From positions 17,176,001 to 17,240,000 of the forward strand of contig OZ249436.1 in NCBI GenBank assembly GCA_965235115.1: DNA of 64,000 bases, in the 5' to 3' direction. Made by a program: the position numbers and the translations under genes. Each line of letters opens with the position of its first letter. Within the stretch, counting starts at the first letter, position 1. Positions 25,272 to 37,200 of the stretch are shown piece by piece. The DNA is from Laetmonice hystrix (Eukaryota). The notes beneath the pieces were generated by a model. It was not told where the DNA came from, ran no database searches, and worked only from the letters and a program-made list of their open reading frames with translations.

Positions 25272-28200
25272 GGTCGGGGGTACGGGTCCATGGGTCCATG
25301 TTACGTGAGCACTAGTACTTGATGTATTATAGATGGACACCGACACGGTGAGAATGTGGGAGCGATGTGCCGCCCCGGGGTAAGCTGTAAATCACGTACG
25401 GCTAGCCCTCTCTCACAAACTACTCAAAAGTATTGAGCCAATGGCAATGAGTAATAATACGAATAATTGACCGAAGAAATTGTTAAATTACATGCGCCAA
25501 GTTTCCGTCGAGTGAAACGCACCTTGATCGTACTAATAGCTTAACTGAGACACCCTTTGAAGGAAAGAACCCCCCCCTCCACACACACACACCCTATCTA
25601 AAGTAGAGAAAGGCTAGTGTGGAGAAGAGAAAGACCCCTCTAAAGCAGACCCCAGTGAGGGAGAGCCGTGCAGTCACTTACTGAGGGCGTTGATACAGTT
25701 TCCGAGGGCGAGTAAGGACCTGTTGATGTGAGCGCCCTCTACCATCCGTTTGCCGCGGTTGTGAGTAGCGGCGGCACGTTCCGACCCGGCCAGGTCAATC
25801 AGGAACAGTTTACCGGTCCGGACCTCCTGGGTGGCGCCATGAACACGGGACCTCTTCCTCACCGTCACCTGCAGGATGGCGTGGGAACGGGAGGAGGTTT
25901 TGTTGGCCGCTGTCGGCTCCTGGGTCCGTTCTTTGTTACCCTGAACCAACATGTCCATCACCTGAAACAGGATCAGCGATCAGTCCTCAACTCATACCGG
26001 GCAGTTCTCAACTCATACTGGGCAGTCCTCAACTCATACCGGGCAGTCCTCAACTCATACCGGGCAGTCCTCAACTCATACCGGGCAGTCCTCAACTCAT
26101 ACTGGGCAGTCCTCAACTCATACCGGGCAGTCCTCAACTCATACCGGGCAGTCCTCAACTCATACCGGGCAGTCCTCAACTGATAATGGCCAGTCCTCAA
26201 CTCATACCAGTCAGTCCTCTACTCATACCAGTCAGTCCTCTACTCATTGTTTACATGATTTCGTTCACTTCTCTAACCAAAATGATGACGCTGATAAAAG
26301 ATAAACTATAAAGAAGTAATTCCTACACCACCACCACCATCACCACCACATAGTCTGACCCCCCCCCCCCCCACCGCCACCACCACCACTACATAGAGTC
26401 TGACCCCCCGCCCCCCCGCCCCCCCCCCCACCGCCACCACCGCCACCACCTACTCCACCACATAGAGTCTGACCCCCACCCCACCCCACCACCACCACCA
26501 CCGCCACCACCAACTTGTAGTCTCCCACAGGGACGGCGACTGTAGTAGTGGGACATGTCCTCAGGAGGGCCAGATTAAGTGGGACATGTCCTTAGGAGGA
26601 CCAGGTAATTAATCGAGGAACAGCGGTTTGGTTTGGGCCCAACCCTCACCCCAACCATCTCCAGCAGAAACCCGGAACCCCCCCCCCCCCACACACACAC
26701 ACAGAGGCAGCGTATCCCGTACATTATTGATGAGATTTGTAATCGTCACGCGCCACTGATTACAATCTGCCATGTTATTTTTCTGTGTGACTGGTTTAAC
26801 GTAAACACGCTGGATTGAGGTGCGGACTTACGGAGGGTCGGTTGTAATATAAGGTACAAGGTATAAGGTTTGAGGCCGAATTAGGGACTGGAAGGTTGAA
26901 GGTCATAGAACGGTCGAATCACATCTTAAAGATAAACCGGCCTGGGACGGTCACTACATCTGGTGGCAGAGAACGGTACTACCAAAGTTCCAATTTTTTG
27001 TGTATAGCATAGTCATAGTATAAGCTTTCGAATAAACCATAAAAAATGATAGGTTTTTATTCTTATTTTCGAGAAAAGGATGGGTTAAGATTGGTCAATT
27101 TAAGAACTTAATGAAACCCGTTTTTTGCATTGAAGCTTTTCCACTCTACATAAAAAATTAGAACGGTGACCTACCTTTTTCTCTCGTTTAAAATGATCAA
27201 TATTGTCCTAAGATGAATATATGTAAAATTTGGAAGAATGTTATTAGCAGAAGTAGTTCAGCGGAAGTAAAAACGTCCCAGAAGGTTTATATCCCCATTG
27301 AATCCTATGTTAAAAATTAATGAAATAATGAAAATTAGCACAGTGACCTATCATTTTTAATGCTTTATTTTGAAGCTTATACTATGACTATGCTATACAC
27401 AAATAATTAGAACTGAAATTAGAGTATTGTTTTTAATTTTTGGCCTATGACGCTGGTTTATCTTTAACACGGAAAAAATGGGGTTTATAAATAATGTCAA
27501 ATACTGAAAGCTACTGGGGTTAAATTGTGACCGAAGGTGAAGGCCGTGTCGGAGGTTAACTGTGAGGGGGCACACCCGGGGGGGGGGGGACAGCTCCCAA
27601 CGTGACTGCTCTGCGACCTTGAGTACTCACGTGTGTGGAGGACTTGGCTTTGATCTCCCGCAGTCCAGGAATCTGGATGCCCTTGGAATCCTCCCGAAGG
27701 TCAAGGTAGCCTGCTTCAGGGTTCAAAAGGTCACGGATCATTTCGTTGTAGATCTGAAATCCGAAAATATCAGGGATAGAAAATTACATTAAAAAAAGGG
27801 GCTTACAGTCAAAAGATAGGACACTCAGACTTTGTAGGTGAACTCGTCCACATAGCTTACCTCTAGATATGACATTGGGACTTTTTAGGTAGACACCATA
27901 GAGTGGCTTACCTCTAGATATGACATTGAGACTTTGTAGGTAGACTCGTCCGAGTTCTGTGTCATTTTCTGGAAGAGGTCGTTGAGAGACCTGGCCATAA
28001 TTCCTGGCTCACTGTCAGTTCCTAGCATGGTGTAAGTCTTCCCTGCCCCTGGAACCATAGAAAACATGAACGTTTTAAAAGGGGCACAATGGGAAGAATG
28101 GCACTTTCGAACGTCGTTTGAGTCTTTTGTACGGCATTCTATATTTAAAGGCAAAACATAAATAAGACTGTGTGAAAAACGTTGTCTTGGCATAACTTCC

Positions 28201-31200
28201 AACGGGGTCACTTGGGGCCACGCCCCCTCTACAATACTTAACTACTGAATTTTGGTGTACATCGAAATTCACTTGGGGGCTGTATGTGCCTTAATTCAAG
28301 TCTTCCTTGCTTCTGGAAACACAGAACAGACTGCGTTGAAAAGGTTTATAATACGGCATTCTTGAATATGAATGAGACTGCCCACATTACGACCGTACAT
28401 TACTCCCAGCATGATACTGAAACGTGAATATCAATCAGTTTGGGGTGGACTTTTATTGTTATTTTATAGCTGTGGGTTTCCCCTCTCTGTATAATGTAGG
28501 AGTTGGGATGTTGTCCCACCGACGTGCGTGTTTCCAGGGTGTGGGGACTGCCGGAGGTAGAGGCGACCCTATTAAGCCGGGGTCACACTGCCCGATTTTT
28601 TCCTCCGATGGAGTCGTGCAGTGTGACCCTACTTCCGATACGATTTCTTCGGCGTCGGGACAAACAATCGGCGTCGGGCATTTCTTGACATTGTCAAGGA
28701 ATGTCGGCCGATTAACTACCCCGATTGTCGGTGTCGGGCAATGTGATGCCGCCAAGATCTTCATTGACGCCATCGTGGCCAATGATCGGTGACTGTGAAC
28801 GCACGTGTCGGGCAGTGTGATCTCGCGAGATGTCTGACGAGATCTTATTGGCAAGACTACCGATTCTTCAGATTCCGTCGACCGACACCGGAATCGGCCG
28901 ACGAAAAAAAAATCGGGCAGTGTGACCCATAGGCGGCTCCTCCACACATCCCTTCGATGTATAATCCAGGAGCAGGTGTGTTTCATATTACACAAGGCCG
29001 TCTGCTCTCAGCCAGGACATATTTGGTTGAGGGGATCGATTCGGGGTAATGCCCCCCCCCCCCCCCCAGCCCCCACTCACCGTCACTGAGTGGGTGTCGA
29101 GCCTGGAATCGCCAGGTAAACACACTCGTCAATCTTTAAGTCACCATCGATTACTAAAATGTCGTTTAACTCGTCACATCATACGAACAATCTGAGATAT
29201 CCAGCAGAACACCCACCTAAAATAGATCCTCCCCTATCCAACCAAATCCAGCAGAACCGTCTGGTAAACCTATCCGTTCTTTAATCCTTTAATCAAGGTA
29301 TTATCTCAATTACCCGCAATTATTCCCACTCATACAGGGCGCCATGCCGCATCCGGAGGCACGTGGCCAATAGACCGTGACGTCTACAGTAATCTCAGAC
29401 CTGATTAGGGCGCCCCCTCCCTGACGCAACAATAGCGGCAGAGACCATTGTTCATGGGAATACCGCACCATCTGGCTCCTTTTACCTGAACACGGTACAG
29501 AATGCGGGGACCGGAATTTCATACACATTCCCTTTGCTGCATTCCGCGCTCCGCAATCCAAATACCTGATTACCGTATTCAGAAAAAGGAAAACATGCCA
29601 GCTCGAGGCAGGACAAGATTTCTATCGAATTCAGGCACAGAAATTCCTCTTACTACGTCTGTGAGCAATTAAATAAAAAAAAATGTTCGCTAAAATTACT
29701 GGAGAAAAAACATGATGATTTACATCTAGTCTTTTCGTCTGGTTGCCATGCGTTCTTTGGGAATCAATAAAACAGAAAACATTACGTGTACAAAACTACA
29801 ATGGTGGGCTCCCTTTTCACAAATACCGGGACACCAATCCATTAAATGCCCCGGGAACCCTTTCTGCACTGCGACACCATGATCGTCTGTCCTGAACATT
29901 CAAAAAAAATGTGTGTCATTAAATGCTTCTAGGTTTTTATTTTCCGCAAGTCTGTGTCAACATCAGAGATCGATATATTACGTGTAATGACGCCCTGAAA
30001 ACCAGGTCACTTATTGTAATTGTCCAGAATTGACTTTTCTCTCCTGTTTTCCACCTCTTTATATTAACTGCCATGGTTACATCAATGTGTAGGTAGGCGA
30101 CCGGCCAGTTACATCAATGACCCGGGAAGGCCGGGGACTACTGTGGCCGAAATAAACAAACCTGGTAGGCTGGCGGATTGCTCTGCCACGCTGCACATTT
30201 CTCTCATACTCTTAATACTGTCGTCGGGTGCTTGGAATATCCACGACCTTCAGAAGACTACTGGGCAGAAAGACGGGGCCTAGTTGTTTTACAATGGTCG
30301 TTGTTGAAACGACAACCCCCACACCAAGAAAGGCTGAAAGTGATCCTTCCCGACAAGACCTCCTCTGAACCTTGTGCGAAGATACATCTTCCCCTGCTCA
30401 GGAATAAGCTTCTCCCCTCTGCGATTTATCTCTCCCAATGCAAAGTCTGCAAGGACGACAGGAATGGACATCGACACGGGGGCAACTATTTGATATAGGT
30501 GGAGACCATAGGGCATGTTGAGTTTGACCATCACGTTATTTTCTGCTTTCTTACTTTCAGTTTCAGGCAAGACCTTAAGTTTGGGTAGTTCCTCTGCGTT
30601 ATGTCCTGTAGCTATTAGTTGGTCCCGGAATGGAAAATCTGGAAATTTGTTTTTTTCACACTCTGGATATCTTGGATCTATCGGTGTCGTTGCTTGACCC
30701 TCTCTTCCTGTCGGGGTACCTATGTCACATCTGATGATCCAAGTTTGGGTTGACACACTGGCTGACTCTAACGGCTCGGTCTGAGCCCCGTCATTAGTTG
30801 ACTTTGGCGTGTCTCACTGACCGTTTGAGCTGAGCCCGGTGCAGGCTGTTAGCACATTGCGTACTAGAATGGGTGACCCTTAACTGGCGAAAATTACCTC
30901 CGCCTCTGTTGTTGACTATTGTCTAAATCGACACCATATTATAAAACCTACCATAGCTACGGGTACTGCTTTGAAGGACTACGAGTTTGTGCTGGCCACT
31001 GGTTTGACCATACACCTAAACTGTCTCGACGATAATACCTCTCTCCTACGGTGCATATGTCTTTCTTACGCTTCTTGGCTAGCCTAGGCGCGTAATATGC
31101 AGTGACGGAGCAAAATGTGTAATGTAAGAATGCCAGTATCAGGTGTACTTTTCGGCCATCGTAGGGAGACTGCCGCTAGCGGGCTTGGGGGGGGGGGGGG

Positions 31201-34200
31201 GCTGATGCCACAATAGATCGAACCTCTCTATGAACGGTTGGCACAGGACACCCACCTGGGGGAGGGAGTACTGCTGGCGTCAGCCTCACCGGGGGTCAGT
31301 GGGTACAGCCAGCGGTCCGGGTGGAGAAATCAACATTGGCACGAGAGGGCCGGTCAAGAGTTGGCATTGGGTTGGGATGGCGTTGGGCCTGAGCGGTTAG
31401 CTCTGAACTGAACCTGGGTCAGCCTTATCTTAGTTATAACATTTTTCCACTGCTCAAACATTTGACACGGAAAAGATGTCGTTACCGATTATCATACTTA
31501 AAGTTTAATATTACGTTTGTTGATCAATTCTCTGACTTTTTTCTTGAATATGTATTATGACAGAGGGTATCACATTCGCATTGCATAATATAAAGGCAGG
31601 AAAAGTTCTTTTGACTTTGACCTTGAAATAATTTGACTTCGGTGCCTCAGTCTACCAGCCCTCCCATTCCCCCCCTTTCATACTGTACCCCTACCCCCGC
31701 CCCTACCCTTGCCTTCCCCCACGTTTGTATGCCTCCACCCCGTCCCCGCCCGCGGTTGCAGTTTGATCTGTTGAAACAAGCGCCCCAGTTATTGAAGTCC
31801 TTGTTTACAGAGAGCAAACACGACACACCGTCCAGGCGGCGGCATATCAAACGTAAGACACGTGTACAACGAACTGGCCGACAGTCCGCACAGGTAGAAA
31901 CTTCACCTGATGACGACGCCTCGTCACGAGAGCCACCCCGACAGTCGAATCCTTGAGCTACCTTTGGCGGAGGGCTCACTCCAAACAGGGCAGACTGGGG
32001 CTAGTCGGGAGCTACTATTGGGGAGGGCTCAGTCCAAACGGGGCTGTATGACCGGGACCAGTCGGGCGTTACCTTTGGGGGAGGGCTCACTCCAAACCGG
32101 GCTGACTGGGGCCAGTAGGGAGCTATACCTTTGGGGGAGGGCTTACTCCAAACGGGACTGACTGGGGCCAGTTGGGAACTATCTCTGAGGGCGGGCTCAC
32201 TCCAAACCGGACTGCCTGGGGCCAGCTGGGGGCTATCTTCGGGGTGAGGGCTCACTCTAAACTCAGATGGGTACAGTCGTAATCGAAATGGACGATTTGT
32301 AATTTGTAGCCTATCGATATTTTTCTCCCATTTATTCCGCCCGCCCTCAAGACACCCGCCCACACAAGATATCCGCCCCATCATGCATCGCTCATACATC
32401 ATAGATACGTACAAAGATCTAACACTAATGAAATACCGTTTTGCACACTTACCTGTTGCTCCGTAGGCAAACACTGTGGCGTTGTAACCATTGACAACCG
32501 TTGGGATGAGGGACTGGGACGTCTTGGTGTAAACTTCCTCCTGCAAGTGAGACATTATTGTACATAGAGGTCACTTAGTGCACCTAAGGTACCTGAGTGC
32601 ACAGAGCACCATGATAAAGGAGGTCCAAAGTAGTATCAAAAAATATTTATAAATTACAAGGGTTTCTGAGTGGAATGATCATTTAAAGATTCGGCAGGCG
32701 CCCGTTTCACTAAGCTGGAGACGTCGCCCATCATAAATGTCGCCCGGTGCGGCCAACGCTAAAGCAATGGGGGATGTTGCCAGAACGGGCGACACTACCT
32801 TATATGGTGCAGCGATGTCTCGTTTTGCGACGTCGCCGGCTTAGTGAAACGGAAAAAGACAGTCAGTGGCGGGTCGAGGCATGGGGCCGCTGTTTTTCAA
32901 TGAAATAATTCGTTTTTCACCTTCCACGTATTACAACTCGGCAGGTCTGTTGGCCTGCCGAGCAATGACCACTAATCAAGCATGGATCTACACCGTCACC
33001 TCGGAGAAACTGACTGCGGCGGGCGTTTTCTTCGGTTTCCGTCTATATTCATTGTAAATGTAACATTATCTGTTCTCTACACAAAGTAAAAGGACATCAG
33101 CATGTCCTTAGTCCCTCAGCTTATCCATCATACGGTGAATGAGGGTCTCTTTACGGGTCGACTGCCAAGGTAATACTCCACGAAACTGAGGACATTGGGG
33201 GTTCGGTATGGGGGATGGACCGGAATTGGGGGTCAGAGTTAGGGTAAGGTTTGGGGCAAGGAATACTGACAGGTTTTTAGAGGTCTCTTTTACGGGTTAC
33301 ACCGCCAGTAGTGTCCACCGATGTCAGATACGGGGATTTTGTTTTTTGCTTATGGGGACAGCACTGTCCTTGTCACACCTGATCGCACATGTTGGCGATG
33401 CCTGGCCAAACGGACATGTTTGTCTTTGATGCCCTCATAACCTGGACCAGTTTAAGATCTGAAGTTAAAAAAAACTAAGCCCTACACGCTCGATTCAACA
33501 AAACAGTAAATAAAGGATCAGCTTCATTTTAGGGTAATTTAACCTCTCATTGTTTGTTGTTCAAAATCAGAATTCAATGGCATGCCGACTCTCCTTGTTA
33601 TCTATAGCATAGAAACTTCAAGTTGTGTTTCAACTGTGTAAAAAGCTACCATCCAGGGACTTATAGATTATAAAAAAAACTCTTTTGGCTTTTTACAATA
33701 GAGTCTGAAAAAATTATACTGTCTAAACAAAGACAGATCTCAGAACAAAGCGTTGTAACTCTTTGTTTCATTAAAATTGAATGCTGTATACTGTCTCCAT
33801 GCCATGACTCAGTACTAGCAGACCCTTTCAATCAAGCCAAGATCAGTACACGTGTACATGTTTTTGGTAGGTTTTTTTTTTCGTGGGACTTTCCTTCTAT
33901 TGTTGAGACGACCACGATGAATACTTCATGACTCTCAGCTTCCACCGAGTAACAGAGTTTAAGTCAATAAAAGCCAGATGACGACAGCGACTCCTGGCGG
34001 TCTACATGACAACTACACAACAACACTGACGCCCAGGACAGAATGCTGCGTCACCATCGATCATCACGTGTTATGGAAACATTCAAAAAGTTTCCATCAA
34101 TTAACCAATGCTCTCCTGATAACCGGGCCAATAATGGCAATATTCATACAGAGACCAATTCTCGCCGCAGAGTTCACAGAGCGTGCGTGCCCACTGCAGG

Positions 34201-37200
34201 CAGGTACCGTGCAGATCCACGTACCCTTCAAACAAAGGCGGACTGGGAGTGTGTTAATCCATCATCTATAAATAGAGCGTATCGATTTTACACGTCCTGA
34301 AGGGGGTATTTCATTATTTGGTTATGATACAGGGATATAACTACCTTGCAATAAATGTAGGACTAGGATAGCACCTTTTATTAGGTGTCCGGGTCGTATT
34401 AAATGGTGTATAATACACCCAAACTGTGAGTAGGCACACGGAGCACCTCCCCCCCCCCCCTCCCTCCCCTAAACTTCACGCCCTCCCAGGATTCATTGTG
34501 CCCCCTGGATACTGACCAGACTGACCAGTAAGCTCCTTACCTGGGACCCTGGGGACTGACTGACCAGACTGACCAGTAAGCTCCTTACCTGGGACCCTGG
34601 GGACTGACCAGACTGACTGGTATGCTCCTTACCTGGGACCCTGGGGACTGACTGACCAGACTGACCAGTAGGCTCCTTATCTGGGACCCTGGGGACTGAC
34701 TGACCACACTGACCAGTAGGCTCCTTATCTGGGACCCTGGGGACTGACTGACCAGACTGACCAGGAAGCTCCTTACCTGGGACCCTGGGGACTGACTGAC
34801 CAGACTGACCAGACTCCTTACCTGGGACCCTGGGGACTGACTGACCAGACTGACCAGTAAGCTCCTTACCTGGGACCCTGGGGACTGACCAGACTGACTG
34901 GTATGCTCCTTACCTGGGACTGACCAGTAGGCTCCTTACCTGGGACCCGAGTCCATCGAAGCAGTAGTCGAATATGAACTGTTTCTCACGCGTTCTGTTG
35001 GCTCGGAGGATGTCATCCGGGTCTTCCTGGGGGTCCATCAGCACCATCATCTGGAAAAATGGCAAAATTAGAAATATACTCCCAGACTTAGAGTCGAAAA
35101 TATATATCCAGTCACCAAACTGACAGAAATATAGCCACTGACAGAAATAGTCAGCAGACCGACAGAAATATGGCCAGTCAGCAGACCGACAGAAATATGG
35201 CCAGCCAGCAGGACAGAAATATGGCCAGTCAGCAGACCGACAGAAATACGACTAGCCAGCAGAAAGACACCTAAATATGGCCAGTCAACAGACCGATCAC
35301 TATAACCCCCTAGCTGGTGCCCAGATCTCCCGTGGCTAAAGACGTAGGCCGGGTAGCCCTCGCCCCTAACCCCAATCTCGGAGGAAGGCTACAAGGAGTG
35401 ATTAACCGGGATGAGGGTGTAACAGAATTTCTTAATCCCCCTGGAAAGCAGGTCCATCAATCCCTGAAATATGGGTCCGACACACTGGCGGATTTTACCA
35501 TAGGGGCACAGGAAAACAATTCATGATTGTTTGCATTACTAAAGCACTTTTGTTGTATGGTCTCTTTGGACTTCAGCGTCATAAGTTACAACTTCATCAA
35601 TTTGCTTTATCATGTCCACTCATGATGTGATGGATCTATATATGACAAAATTATTTTAAAATGAGTACATATAATTAGGAATTAGCGAAGCTAAATAGAG
35701 GCACGTGCCCCCTGTGGCCCCCTCCCCATCCGACTATTTGACGGACCGGCTTTCCGAGGGTTTGAACGTTGTATGATATCGCTTGCATACGTTTCACACC
35801 TGCCCGGTCAACCCAGACCCATCAAAAAAGTGCCATTCTCCCTCTCTCGGTCTCTAGTAAACGAGTGCTGCCAATTTCTGATCTTATATTTACATAGTTT
35901 CCTCCAGCGTATTTGCTGTTATCACGATAGATCAATACATTATCAAGAATTACTCCAAATACAGCACAAGTATGCCTATGGAACGTACTACGCACAGAAT
36001 CAATCTGGCCCGCCTTTTTTTAACACAGCGACCTGCTAAACACGAGTAGGCCTACCCAATTGGCTGTACATAGAACGCGTTCAGTTACTTTGGGAGCCTT
36101 TTAGTTTTATTAAAACTTTGAAACTTATAAATCCATGCGTAAACAGAACGTTGACAGACTGACGTGACGTTCTACGATTATGGAATTTTACCACAAAACA
36201 AGCATTGTGCGCGGAGTGATCAGTGGCCTCGTCACACCTTCACCGAGCTCCTCCAAAAAATTCTTCTGCCTACAGCCGCGGCTCGCAACACGGCAACTAC
36301 ATTTTGTATTATAGTAGGGACGTTTTTTTGTCCTGGAAATCTGTCATTCCGAGCTGCATATCGCGTCTCCCTTATCATGTACCATTTGTGTGAGTACGGT
36401 ATAATGTATCGGGTAGCGTCGAGTTTTGTGTCCGTTTTTCCTTATCTGTTCCCTCAACAGATAAACTGACGTCTGCCTTATCACGAAGTGATCCGACTAA
36501 ATATAAAATGTATTGGTTAATACGAGGCAAATGTGAAACAGTCCAACAACCATCTAACTCTGTCACAGTAAAGGACAAAATGTTTTGTCCCTGTGACTAA
36601 TAGTTTAACTGAACTTCAAACAATATACAATGTAGGCCTATATGAGAGTGGGACTGAGCGAGTGCGGGCGGCTAACACCGGATCAGATTGGAACCAGAGG
36701 CTGGAGCCCGAGACGGGCGGTCGACTGGGGGATCACTGGTGACCAGAGCCGTGCTTCTTAATTAATGACTCACCATTTAAAACGGTATAAAACTAACAGT
36801 AACCATGGCAACCACCAATCCCTATCCGCAGTGCGTCCATGGGGAATACAAATGACTGTGATTTCTTCATCCCAATTTTGACGGTGCGGCCAGAAATGAT
36901 AATGAATTATGAGGTCGCGGAAATGTCACCGAGTTGTTCTGACTTATCGAATGCCAAATCAATCAAATGAAATCAATCAAAGTACTTGACAAACTCGCCA
37001 CTTTCCAACTGTGAATACAGGCCGGGACTACTGATATTAGAAAATATCCACCACAGCCCAGTAATTTCCATCAAATTATTGAGGGGGCGAGATCATTTCC
37101 ATTGAATTATTGAGGGGGCTAGTCTACGGTTCTCCCAAGTAAAATAGCCTATTTTAATATTGAAAATATTGGGGGAGGGGCTTGATCCCCCCTCCCCCCC

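Noticed and set aside
28459..28995. 178-aa ORF
   Set aside because: Spans a MITE; no transposase motif.
31647..31979. Cys/Arg/Gly-rich sense ORF in KIF19 intron 4 as an extra exon
   Set aside because: Would split the P-loop; weak splice sites; adjacent to a minisatellite.
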